Below, in pieces: positions 20,130 to 28,199 of a DNA stretch of 64,000 nucleotides; the stretch's first letter is position 1, and each line of letters opens with the position of its first letter. The translations under genes were made by a program, and so were the position numbers. The notes below the pieces were generated by a model. The model was not told the origin of the DNA. It made no database searches and worked only from the letters and a program-made list of their open reading frames with translations. Origin of the DNA: Bacilli bacterium (GTDB lineage: Bacteria; Bacillota_I; Bacilli_A; RF39; UBA660); assembly GCA_051872655.1 (NCBI GenBank), contig JBJEEB010000021.1:66535-130534 (forward strand). Reading direction: 5' to 3'.

Positions 20130-21200
20130 ATGTTAGATTATATTATTATAGGGCTTTTGGTAATAGTTATTATTTTGATTATTATAGCTATTAGTAAGAA
20201 TGTTAATGAAGGAAAGATTACTGAGAGGCTTGGTACACTAGAAACTAATACTGTTAAAGAATTATCTAGTTTTCAGATTGATATTATGAAGACGATGAAT
20301 GATAATTTTAATGGTTTAAATGATAGAATGGAGAAAAAGTTAACACAAATTAATGATAAAGTTAATGAGAGACTAGATGATAATTTTGCTAAGACTAATA
20401 GAACATTTACTAATATATTAGAAAGATTGTCTAAGATAGATGAAGCTCAAAAGAAAATTGATACTCTTTCTACTGATATTGTTTCACTACAAAGTATTTT
20501 AACTGATAAAAAGAGTAGAGGTATATTTGGAGAAATTAATCTTAAACATATTTTAGTTAGTATATTTGGTGAGAAAAATGACAAAGTATATAGACTTCAA
20601 TATACTTTTCCAAATACTACAATAGCAGATGCTGTTATATTTGCTCCTGAACCTTTAGGAACTGTGGCTATTGATTCTAAATTTCCTTTAGAACATTATC
20701 AAAAAATGGTAGATAAAAATCTTTCTCAAGTAGATAGAAATATGGCTGAAAAAGAATTTAAAATTGATGTTAAAAAACATATTGATGCTATTGCTAATAA
20801 GTATATTATACCTGGCGTTACTTCTGATCAGGCTATAATGTTTTTACCTGCTGAAGCTTTATTTGCAGAGATTAATGCTTATCATAGTGATTTAATTGAA
20901 TATGCTCATAAAAAAAGAGTATGGATATGTTCTCCTACTACTTTGATATCTACATTTACAATTATTGAAGTACTTCTTAAAAATATGGAAAGGGATAAAT
21001 ATGCTAGTATTATTCATGATGAATTAAATAAACTTGGAGTAGAATTTAGTAGATATAAAGATAGATGGGATAAGTTATCTAGAAGTATTGAAACTGTTAA
21101 TAAAGATATAGAGAATATTCATGTTACTACAGATAAAATTAGTAAAAGATTTGATTCTATTAGTAAAGTTGAAATTCATGATAAAAATGAAATAGAATAA
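20130..21200 (+). CDS. rmuC: DNA recombination protein RmuC
   Basis: ATG at 20130 after TGGAGGT. It has an N-terminal TM, a coiled coil, and a C-terminal AIDSKFPLEHYQ...MFLPAEALF nuclease-like domain. Confidence 0.85.
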   Translation: MLDYIIIGLLVIVIILIIIAISKNVNEGKITERLGTLETNTVKELSSFQIDIMKTMNDNFNGLNDRMEKKLTQINDKVNERLDDNFAKTNRTFTNILERLSKIDEAQKKIDTLSTDIVSLQSILTDKKSRGIFGEINLKHILVSIFGEKNDKVYRLQYTFPNTTIADAVIFAPEPLGTVAIDSKFPLEHYQKMVDKNLSQVDRNMAEKEFKIDVKKHIDAIANKYIIPGVTSDQAIMFLPAEALFAEINAYHSDLIEYAHKKRVWICSPTTLISTFTIIEVLLKNMERDKYASIIHDELNKLGVEFSRYKDRWDKLSRSIETVNKDIENIHVTTDKISKRFDSISKVEIHDKNEIE

Positions 21201-21241
21201 TAAAAACTCTTAATAATATCTTATTATTTGAATAAATTTAA

Positions 21242-21463
21242 ATGAGGGATATTATGATAAGAGTTTTTTTCTTTTTACTTGGATTTGGTCTTATGGTAAT
21301 AGGATGTAGTTTTATCATATTATATCTAAATTTAACTACTATCGGGTATAATTTTTTAGAATATGTTAATTTTATTATAAGAAGAATAGAATGTTATTTT
21401 AGTATTATTGGTTTTATAATTATGATTTTATCTATTACTTTGAAAGGGGAATATAGAAAATGA
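21242..21463 (+). CDS. hypothetical small membrane protein
   Basis: Two predicted TMs. The start is uncertain (ATG at 21242 or 21254). Confidence 0.4.
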   Translation: MRDIMIRVFFFLLGFGLMVIGCSFIILYLNLTTIGYNFLEYVNFIIRRIECYFSIIGFIIMILSITLKGEYRK

Positions 21464-22086
21464 ATTATATTTATGATATAGTACTTAATTTTAATAAAGA
21501 TTATTATAATTTTTTTGAATGGAATAAAAAAGATAATATTGTTAATGTAAAAAAAATACCATTATTTCTTATTAATAATGATACTTTTAAAATGTTTAAA
21601 TATGATAATGTTACTGTATGTAATTCTTTCATTAATTTGATTAAAGATAAAACTTATACGTATTCTAGAGTAAAACTGGGTAATACTGCTTTAGTAACTA
21701 ATGGCAAAGAAGTAATTGGAGTTCTTTTTAATGATAAGGGTAATTTAATTAAAAGAAGTAGTCTTTTATTAGATGAAGAAGAAGAAGTATTAAATGAAAT
21801 AAATGATAGTAATATCTTTAATATAGAAATAGTTAAGTCTTCTAAAAATAAAGTATCTTTTATTAATAGAAGTCAAAAAGAAAAGAAAGATTTTCTTATT
21901 AATTATATTAATAAAGAGAATAATATTACTAATTTAAAGTATTTATATTATGATTATTTTGAAAAAGAAGTTAATGATATTGGTAATATTAAAAGTTCTT
22001 TAATTAAAGAAATTAAACATAATTGGAATAGTAAATTAGATAAGTTTTATGAGACTGTTAAAATATTTAAGAAAATAAAAAATTAA
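21460..22086 (+). CDS. hypothetical protein
   Basis: 208-aa ORF overlapping the previous stop. No family recognised. Confidence 0.5.
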   Translation: MNYIYDIVLNFNKDYYNFFEWNKKDNIVNVKKIPLFLINNDTFKMFKYDNVTVCNSFINLIKDKTYTYSRVKLGNTALVTNGKEVIGVLFNDKGNLIKRSSLLLDEEEEVLNEINDSNIFNIEIVKSSKNKVSFINRSQKEKKDFLINYINKENNITNLKYLYYDYFEKEVNDIGNIKSSLIKEIKHNWNSKLDKFYETVKIFKKIKN

Positions 22087-22139
22087 GGGAAGAATATATC
22101 TTCAACCTCTTAAAATAGTTACTTTATCATAGTGAATTT

Positions 22140-22300
22140 TTATTTACCCACACTATTTAACAAAGAATCCGTTTCGTTAGATTAGCAATTAAGATTAGTT
22201 TGTGGTATGTTGCTTAAATTAGGTTTCAAAAGGGGGGTAAAATTCCTTTGCACACTGTTATTGGCTCTGCCAATAGCGTAGTGGGTTACTAAAATGTCAT
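22140..22300. ncRNA. candidate structured non-coding RNA (family and strand unresolved)
   Basis: 305-nt gene-free gap that is locally richer in G+C. ACCCAC (22146-22151) pairs with GTGGGT (22281-22286). Internal hairpins are TATTGGC-tct-GCCAATA (22258-22274), CAAAAGG..CCTTTG (22227-22250), and TAGCAA/TTGCT(t)A. Confidence 0.35.
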
Positions 22301-22315
22301 TTTAGTTTTAAAAAG

Positions 22316-22359
22316 CGAAAATCCATTAGTTATGTAATTTCTTTTGGATTTTCGTTTTT
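22316..22359. terminator. bidirectional intrinsic terminator
   Basis: 10-bp stem CGAAAATCCA/TGGATTTTCG. An A-run lies upstream and a T-run downstream, so it is usable on both strands. Confidence 0.7.
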
Positions 22360-22391
22360 GATTCATCTATATAATAAATTAATATTAATTA

Positions 22392-22946
22392 TTATAATCC
22401 CATGGCTAAAGCCATTACAGCCATAAGAACGCAAAAACCAATTACAGATAATCCTACAATTAATATAATTTTTCCAGCTTTAGCACTAAAATAAGTCTTA
22501 TCTTCCCCCATATTTATGGTAGGTACAAATAAGTTTTGCACTTCAGGAATATTAATATCATTAACCAATATTTTTTTACAGTAAACATTATTATCAATTT
22601 TAAAATTATATGCTAAAGAATAGAATATAGAATATAATTGTCTAATAGGTTCCCAGTTTCCTTGTTTAGTCGTATCTTCAAAATCTAATATATCATCAAA
22701 ACCATATTCTTTTTCCTTATAATTTATCCATCCAACAACAATTAACTCATCAGTTGTTAAAAATATTTTTATATAAGTTTTATAAAAACTTTGTTTAGCC
22801 CATAAGTTATTTAACTTTAAAACTTTTTCTCCATTATAATCAGTTTGAATAAACTTGTTTACATTTAAATAATTATTTATTAAATTATTAGCTTCTTCAG
22901 CAGAACAATTTAATTTAAGTCTTAAAACTTGTCTAGTATTATCCAT
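22392..22946 (-). CDS. hypothetical protein with C-terminal TM anchor
   Basis: ORF from the track. I prefer the internal ATG at 22946, which overlaps the upstream stop by 8 nt. No family recognised. Confidence 0.5.
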   Translation of the reverse strand: MDNTRQVLRLKLNCSAEEANNLINNYLNVNKFIQTDYNGEKVLKLNNLWAKQSFYKTYIKIFLTTDELIVVGWINYKEKEYGFDDILDFEDTTKQGNWEPIRQLYSIFYSLAYNFKIDNNVYCKKILVNDINIPEVQNLFVPTINMGEDKTYFSAKAGKIILIVGLSVIGFCVLMAVMALAMGL

Positions 22947-23463
22947 TATTTTTACCATCCTTCCTATCAGCAAAATCATAAAGCATAAATATTCTATATA
23001 CTAATATTAACAATTCAAATAACAACACTATTGCACTGATTTGTTTAACCCCCATATCATCAAAATAAAGAAATAATAAGAACAATGCAATAACAACCCA
23101 CAAAATCCAATAATATAAATATGATTTTATTCTTTGACTCTTATTCATATTTTGATAATCATTTGCACTTTTTACAAATTCTCTATAAGAAAGATTCTTA
23201 ATACTAACAAAAGCTATGCCACCCCATGATATAAAGTAAGCAACTAATGTCGTTGGAGAATACACAGATATTTTTGGTGTTTTATTCTTTTTTATCAAAT
23301 TATATGTGTAATAGAACATATTAAATAATAAAATAATTATCCAATAACCTGCTAAAAAGTATGAAAAGATATCATCATTAACATTAAGATTGGTAACTAT
23401 CATAAGAATTATAAGAAATAAGGTCACTTCAATTAGATTCAAAAAATTTATATATTTTTTCAT
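22939..23463 (-). CDS. hypothetical polytopic membrane protein
   Basis: 174 aa with 4-5 hydrophobic segments. Confidence 0.5.
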   Translation of the reverse strand: MKKYINFLNLIEVTLFLIILMIVTNLNVNDDIFSYFLAGYWIIILLFNMFYYTYNLIKKNKTPKISVYSPTTLVAYFISWGGIAFVSIKNLSYREFVKSANDYQNMNKSQRIKSYLYYWILWVVIALFLLFLYFDDMGVKQISAIVLLFELLILVYRIFMLYDFADRKDGKNNG

Positions 23464-23550
23464 TTTTTCACCACACTTCTTCTCTTGACATAGGTTTTTT
23501 ACACTCTCACATAATAAATTGTGTATTTTTTTAGTATCTTCCTTTATTTG

Positions 23551-24702
23551 TTAGTTATATTGAGATTTATATGTTTCATATTTTTTTTCTAATACTGTAT
23601 CACTAAACTTAAGATTTACATCTTCACGCATCTTTTCTAATGCTTTATATTGAATATAAGTGTCTTCAGATTTTTTTTCTTCTACTAATGAAGTAATTAT
23701 TTCTTCTTTAACATCTTCAAGAGCTGGTTTTTCTTTTTGATCTATTCTATATATAACGTGATATCCATATGAAGTTTTTACTGGCTCTTTACTATAAGAA
23801 TTGTTTTCTAGTTTTTGCATTGCTTCCATGTATGCACTTTCTAGACTAGCATTATATGCTTTGTATCCTAATTCTTCATAAGTAATTTGATCTTTATATT
23901 CTTCTTTTACTTCATCAAATGTCTTTCCTTCATTTAATTTAGATATTATTTCTTTAGCTAAATTTTCTGCATTTTTCTTATCTTCATCAGTTGCATTACT
24001 ATCTACTTTTACTAAAATATGTTTAGTATTAATATCCCCATATACTTTATCTTCATAATAGTTATTAATTTCTTTATCAGTAATTAGTCCTTTTACATAA
24101 TCATCAGTATATTTTGATCTTCTATATTGTAATCTTAAATATTCAATAAATGCTCTTTCACTTCCAAAACCATTTTTAGCTAGAAATTCTTCTTTACTTA
24201 TTCCATAATATTGATTATACATATTGTAATAATTTTCTGCTTCTTCTTGTAATTCATCATTCATTTCATCATTTTCAGGATATTTTTCTTCAAGAACTTT
24301 ATTATCTATTTTATCTAATAGTGAACTTATTGAATATATTTCTTTCATGTCTTCATATAAATCTTCTGCTGTTATAGTTAAACCATCTATCTCTGCTACT
24401 GGTTCTAGTCCATTTTCTAATTTTGCTATTCTATCAGGCCATATTAGAATAACTACTAATATAGTAGCAAGTACTCCACCTATTACTCCATATATAGCTA
24501 ATCTATATTTATCTATAAAGTCATAAAATTTAAATAATCTATCATACTCTTTTTTAGTAGATTTCTTTTTAACTTCTTTCTTTACCTCATTAATATTCTT
24601 TTCTTCATTTTCTGTTACTTTTGGTTTTTCTTTCTTGATTTCTTCCTTTTTGATAGTATTCTTTTTAGTACTCTTTTTTTGTACTTCTTTTTTGTTTGCC
24701 AT
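23551..24702 (-). CDS. PpiC/parvulin-type peptidyl-prolyl isomerase (PrsA-like foldase), membrane anchored
   Basis: ATG at 24702 after AAAGGAG. It has a Lys-rich N-terminus, one TM, and a parvulin core (NTKHILVKV ... SYGYHVIYRID). Confidence 0.8.
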   Translation of the reverse strand: MANKKEVQKKSTKKNTIKKEEIKKEKPKVTENEEKNINEVKKEVKKKSTKKEYDRLFKFYDFIDKYRLAIYGVIGGVLATILVVILIWPDRIAKLENGLEPVAEIDGLTITAEDLYEDMKEIYSISSLLDKIDNKVLEEKYPENDEMNDELQEEAENYYNMYNQYYGISKEEFLAKNGFGSERAFIEYLRLQYRRSKYTDDYVKGLITDKEINNYYEDKVYGDINTKHILVKVDSNATDEDKKNAENLAKEIISKLNEGKTFDEVKEEYKDQITYEELGYKAYNASLESAYMEAMQKLENNSYSKEPVKTSYGYHVIYRIDQKEKPALEDVKEEIITSLVEEKKSEDTYIQYKALEKMREDVNLKFSDTVLEKKYETYKSQYN

Positions 24703-24902
24703 TTTGTTATCTCCTTTCAAAGTTACATTAATATAATATCAAAAATAGTAAAAAATTACAATATCATTTTTTAAATATGGGGAAAATAACATATTTTTAT
24801 TTATTAATTTTAATTTATATTATTTTAAAATGTAACTAGCCCAGCACACTTTTAATGTTTTTCCATAAAATACTATGAATAGAAAAAAAGGAGGAATGTA
24901 TT

Positions 24903-24995
24903 ATGTGTAATTGTGGAACATGTGGCGGATCTAGTGCTGCTATTGTATTAGTATTATTTATCCTATTAATAATAATACTTGGAGCTTGGATATAA
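24903..24995 (+). CDS. tiny hydrophobic peptide, YjcZ-like (30 aa)
   Basis: Below the ORF-track cutoff. An AAGGAGGA RBS lies 7 nt upstream. The sequence is MCNCGTCGGSSAAIVLVLFILLIIILGAWI. Confidence 0.6.
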   Translation: MCNCGTCGGSSAAIVLVLFILLIIILGAWI

Positions 24996-25013
24996 TAAAG
25001 GAGGTGCATTAAT

Positions 25014-25115
25014 ATGTCTGGAAATAGTTCATGTAAAGGGAGTAATGGTTTTTTAATCGTTATTGTTTTATATATTCTACTTGCTATTATACTAGGTTCT
25101 GCTTTCTTTTATTAA
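25014..25115 (+). CDS. tiny hydrophobic peptide, YjcZ-like (33 aa)
   Basis: An AAGGAGGT RBS lies 7 nt upstream. The sequence is MSGNSSCKGSNGFLIVIVLYILLAIILGSAFFY. Confidence 0.6.
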   Translation: MSGNSSCKGSNGFLIVIVLYILLAIILGSAFFY

Positions 25116-25132
25116 AATATCTTAGTTCAGAG

Positions 25133-25157
25133 AAACTATCTTCGGATAGTTTTTTTC
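25133..25157 (+). terminator. intrinsic terminator after the tiny-peptide pair
   Basis: Stem AAACTATC/GATAGTTT with a TTCG loop and a T-run. Confidence 0.7.
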
Positions 25158-25180
25158 TATTATAAAAAGTAGGTCTATTC

Positions 25181-25537
25181 CTACTTTAATTTGTTATATA
25201 CTTCTTCTAGTGATAATTTTTCTTCATTATGATATTTTGGTATTAAGTGTAAGTGAAAGTGTTTTACTTCTTGTCCTAAACCATTATTTTCACATAGTGA
25301 TATTCCATCATAATTTAATCTTTCTTTTAATAATTTTGATATTTGTTTTGCTATCTTTAAAATATGATGTAATACTTCTTCATCTATATCAAAAAAATCT
25401 TGATAGTGTTTTTTAGGTACTATTAGAGTATGTCCTGTATGATTTGGATTTACATCTAAAAATACTTTGACTATATCATCTTCATATATTGTATAAGATG
25501 GTATTTCATTATTTATTATTTTGCAAAATACATCCAT
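25181..25537 (-). CDS. HIT family (histidine triad) protein
   Basis: Contains the HFHLHLIP triad and NPNHTGHTLIVPKKH. Confidence 0.9.
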   Translation of the reverse strand: MDVFCKIINNEIPSYTIYEDDIVKVFLDVNPNHTGHTLIVPKKHYQDFFDIDEEVLHHILKIAKQISKLLKERLNYDGISLCENNGLGQEVKHFHLHLIPKYHNEEKLSLEEVYNKLK

Positions 25538-25692
25538 GTTATTACCTCCATATTAAGTATAACAAAAAAAAGAAAATAAATAAATATTTTCTATAGTGAA
25601 TATCTGCGAATATTCTAATATAATTATGTAAATTTTGATATATTTTTATTCATTATATTAACTTTTTTTACTTTCTTTGATATAATTTAAGT

Positions 25693-26364
25693 ATGAAGAG
25701 TAGTAATAAGATATTGTTTATTATATTTATATTCATAATTGGTATTAACTTTGTTAGTGCTAAAGAAAAAGTTACTTTTTCTAAATGTGTTGATGGTGAT
25801 ACTATTAAGGTATTAATTGATGGTAAAGAAAATACTGTTAGAATGCTTGCTATTGATACTCCAGAGTCTGTTCATCCTACTAAAGGAACTGAATACTATG
25901 GAAAAGAATCTAGTGAATATACCTGCAGTAAAGTTAGTAATGCTAATAAAATTGAATTAGAATATGATAATAATAGTGATAAAAAAGATAAGTATGATAG
26001 AGTTCTTGCTTGGATATGGGTAGATGATATTTTACTTCAAGATGAACTTGTTAAAAATGGATATGCAGAGGTTGCTTATTTATATGGTGATTATAAGTAT
26101 ACTGATACTTTAAAAGATCATCAATCTGTAGCTGAAGCATCTAAAATTGGTATTTGGAATGAAGAAGCAAGAAAGGAGTTTGATTCAAATAGTAGTACTA
26201 AAGAAGATAACGATACTAATAAAAGTGATAGTGATAATTATATTGATTTAGAGAATATGTCCACTAGTGATATTATTATAATAATTGTAGTATTAGTTAT
26301 TGGTGCTATATTAGGTCCTACTATTAAAAAATGGAAAAGAAAAATAAAAAAATATACTAAATAG
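25693..26364 (+). CDS. thermonuclease (SNase family), secreted and C-terminally anchored
   Basis: Signal peptide, CVDGDTIKV..VRMLAIDTPE, and a C-terminal TM followed by a basic tail. Confidence 0.85.
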   Translation: MKSSNKILFIIFIFIIGINFVSAKEKVTFSKCVDGDTIKVLIDGKENTVRMLAIDTPESVHPTKGTEYYGKESSEYTCSKVSNANKIELEYDNNSDKKDKYDRVLAWIWVDDILLQDELVKNGYAEVAYLYGDYKYTDTLKDHQSVAEASKIGIWNEEARKEFDSNSSTKEDNDTNKSDSDNYIDLENMSTSDIIIIIVVLVIGAILGPTIKKWKRKIKKYTK

Positions 26365-26378
26365 AAAGGAATGTTAAT

Positions 26379-27293
26379 TTGAAAAAAGATATTACACTTG
26401 TTATTTTAGCAGCAGGTATGGGAAGTCGTTTTGGAGGTCTTAAACAAATTGAGCCTATGGGTCCAAATGGAGAGTTTATTATTGATTATTCTGTATATGA
26501 TGCTATTAAAGCAGGATTTAATAAAATTGTGTTTTTAATAAAAAGGGAAAACTATGAATTATTTAAAGAAACTATAGGGACTAGAGTAGATCCTTATATA
26601 AAAGTAGAATATGCTTTTCAAGAACTTAATAATTTACCTAGTGGTTATTCTTTACCTAGTGATAGAGTTAAACCTCTAGGCACTGCTCATGCTGTGCTTT
26701 GTTGCAGAGATTTAGTAAAAGAAAATTTTGCTATGATTAATTCTGATGATTTTTATGGAAGAGATGCTTTTATCAAAGCTTATGATTATCTAAGTAAATT
26801 AGATGAAACTTCTAGTGATTATGGTATGATTGGATATAAAGTTATTAATACTCTTACAGAAAATGGTTCTGTTAAAAGAGGGGTATGTAATGTAGATAGT
26901 AATGGATATCTTACAAATCTAACTGAAAGCAAGGTAGAAAAAGTAAGTAATGAAATAATAGCTAGTCCACTAGATGGTAGTGATAGTTTTGTAGTTGAAG
27001 ACACTGCTACTGTTAGTATGAATTTTCTACTATTTACACCAACTATATTTAATTATATAGAAGAAAGTTTTCCTAAGTTCTTTGATAATAATAAAGATAA
27101 TTTAATTACTTCGGAGTATTTAATTCCTGATGTACTAAGTAATTTAATTAAAGAAAAAAAGGCTAGTACTAAGGTAATTCCTACTAGTGCTAACTGGTAT
27201 GGAGTTACTTATAAGGAAGATACTCCTGGTGTTAAAGATGCTATTAGAAATCTTGTAAATATTCATGAATATAATGATAATTTATGGGATTAA
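26379..27293 (+). CDS. sugar-phosphate nucleotidyltransferase family protein
   Basis: TTG start. Contains the LAAGMGSRFGGLKQ signature. Confidence 0.7.
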   Translation: MKKDITLVILAAGMGSRFGGLKQIEPMGPNGEFIIDYSVYDAIKAGFNKIVFLIKRENYELFKETIGTRVDPYIKVEYAFQELNNLPSGYSLPSDRVKPLGTAHAVLCCRDLVKENFAMINSDDFYGRDAFIKAYDYLSKLDETSSDYGMIGYKVINTLTENGSVKRGVCNVDSNGYLTNLTESKVEKVSNEIIASPLDGSDSFVVEDTATVSMNFLLFTPTIFNYIEESFPKFFDNNKDNLITSEYLIPDVLSNLIKEKKASTKVIPTSANWYGVTYKEDTPGVKDAIRNLVNIHEYNDNLWD

Positions 27294-27379
27294 TATGTTA
27301 AATTATGTTATTTACATAAATCTATTTAATTTTTAATTTATATTTGTTATACTTATATTGTATAGAAAGGATGATTTAA

Positions 27380-27907
27380 ATGAAATATAATATTCGTGGA
27401 GATAAAATGGTAATTACTGATGCCATTAAAGAGTATACTGAAAATAAACTAGGTAGATTAGAGAAGTATTTTAAAGATGATGATATTAAAGCTAATGTAC
27501 TTGCTAAAGTAAGAGGTAATTCTCAAATAGTAGAGGTTACTATTCCTACTAGTAAATATGTTTTAAGAAGTGAGGAAGAGAACGAAGACTTATATGCCGC
27601 TATTGACTTAGTTACTGATAAGTTAGAAAGACAAATTAGAAAAAATAAAACAAGATTAAATAGAAATACTAAAGAAAGTGTTAGAGAATTTAACTTTGAC
27701 TATGAAGTTAAAGATGATGAAGAACCTAAAGAAAAGGTAGTTAAGAGAAAAAATATTGAGACTAAGCCTATGGATGAAGAAGAGGCTATTCTTGAAATGG
27801 AACTACTTGGTCATTCATTCTTTGTTTATAAAGATATGGATACTAACAATACTTGTGTTCTTTATAAAAGAAAAGATGGAGACTATGGTCTAATTGAAAC
27901 TGAATAA
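27380..27907 (+). CDS. hpf: ribosome hibernation promoting factor, long form
   Basis: N-terminal ITDAIKEYTENKLGRLEKYF and a C-terminal dimerisation domain (FFVYKD..VLYKRKDGDYGLIE). hpf-secA synteny as in Bacillus. Confidence 0.9.
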   Translation: MKYNIRGDKMVITDAIKEYTENKLGRLEKYFKDDDIKANVLAKVRGNSQIVEVTIPTSKYVLRSEEENEDLYAAIDLVTDKLERQIRKNKTRLNRNTKESVREFNFDYEVKDDEEPKEKVVKRKNIETKPMDEEEAILEMELLGHSFFVYKDMDTNNTCVLYKRKDGDYGLIETE

Positions 27908-27914
27908 AAATATG

Positions 27915-27944
27915 AGTATCAACAGAAATTGTTGATACTTTTTT
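27915..27944 (+). terminator. intrinsic terminator after hpf
   Basis: 10-bp stem AGTATCAACA/TGTTGATACT, a 5-nt loop and a T-run. Both arms are TATCAACA-type DnaA-box variants. Confidence 0.75.
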
Positions 27945-27956
27945 ATTTATAATTGT

Positions 27957-28021
27957 TCATCCACAACTATTGTGGATATATTTATTTTATATTTATCTCT
28001 ATCAACATATATTGTTAATAA
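27957..28021. promoter_or_regulatory. DnaA-box-like cluster upstream of secA
   Basis: TCATCCACA (27957-27965) and the inverted TGTGGATAT (27971-27979) are each 1 mismatch from TTATCCACA. CTATCAACA (27999-28007) and TGTTAATAA (28013-28021) follow. Confidence 0.5.
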
Positions 28022-28032
28022 ATAAACTTTAA

Positions 28033-28115
28033 GTTTTAAAGACTATAGGCTTTAAAACTATTTTTGAAGACCATAGGCTTCAAAAATCACCAGAGTGACT
28101 ATAGGCACGAGGTGA
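28033..28115 (+). repeat. three-hairpin module, copy 2
   Basis: h1 is gttttaaag|actatagg|ctttaaaac. h2 is tttttgaag|accatagg|cttcaaaaa. h3 is tcacc-aga-gtg|actatagg|cac-ga-ggtga. Confidence 0.85.
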
Positions 28116-28199
28116 AACTATAATAAAATAAGGAAATATTTAATATTTACTAGTTTTTTTAATTAAAATATAGTAAAATATTATCTAGGAGATGATTTG

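Noticed and set aside
22087-22391. The possibility that this gap holds SRP RNA, RNase P RNA, tmRNA or a tRNA.
   Set aside because: I found none of the expected signatures. These are the SRP domain IV GGAAGCAGCC-like motif, the RNase P GAGGAAAGTCC motif, a tmRNA tag ORF with a CCA end, and a tRNA cloverleaf.
28042-28049. The hairpin apex ACTATAGG is identical to the -6..+2 core of the T7 promoter.
   Set aside because: The -17..-7 specificity region is absent and varies between copies. No single-subunit RNA polymerase is encoded in the window. This is most likely coincidence.
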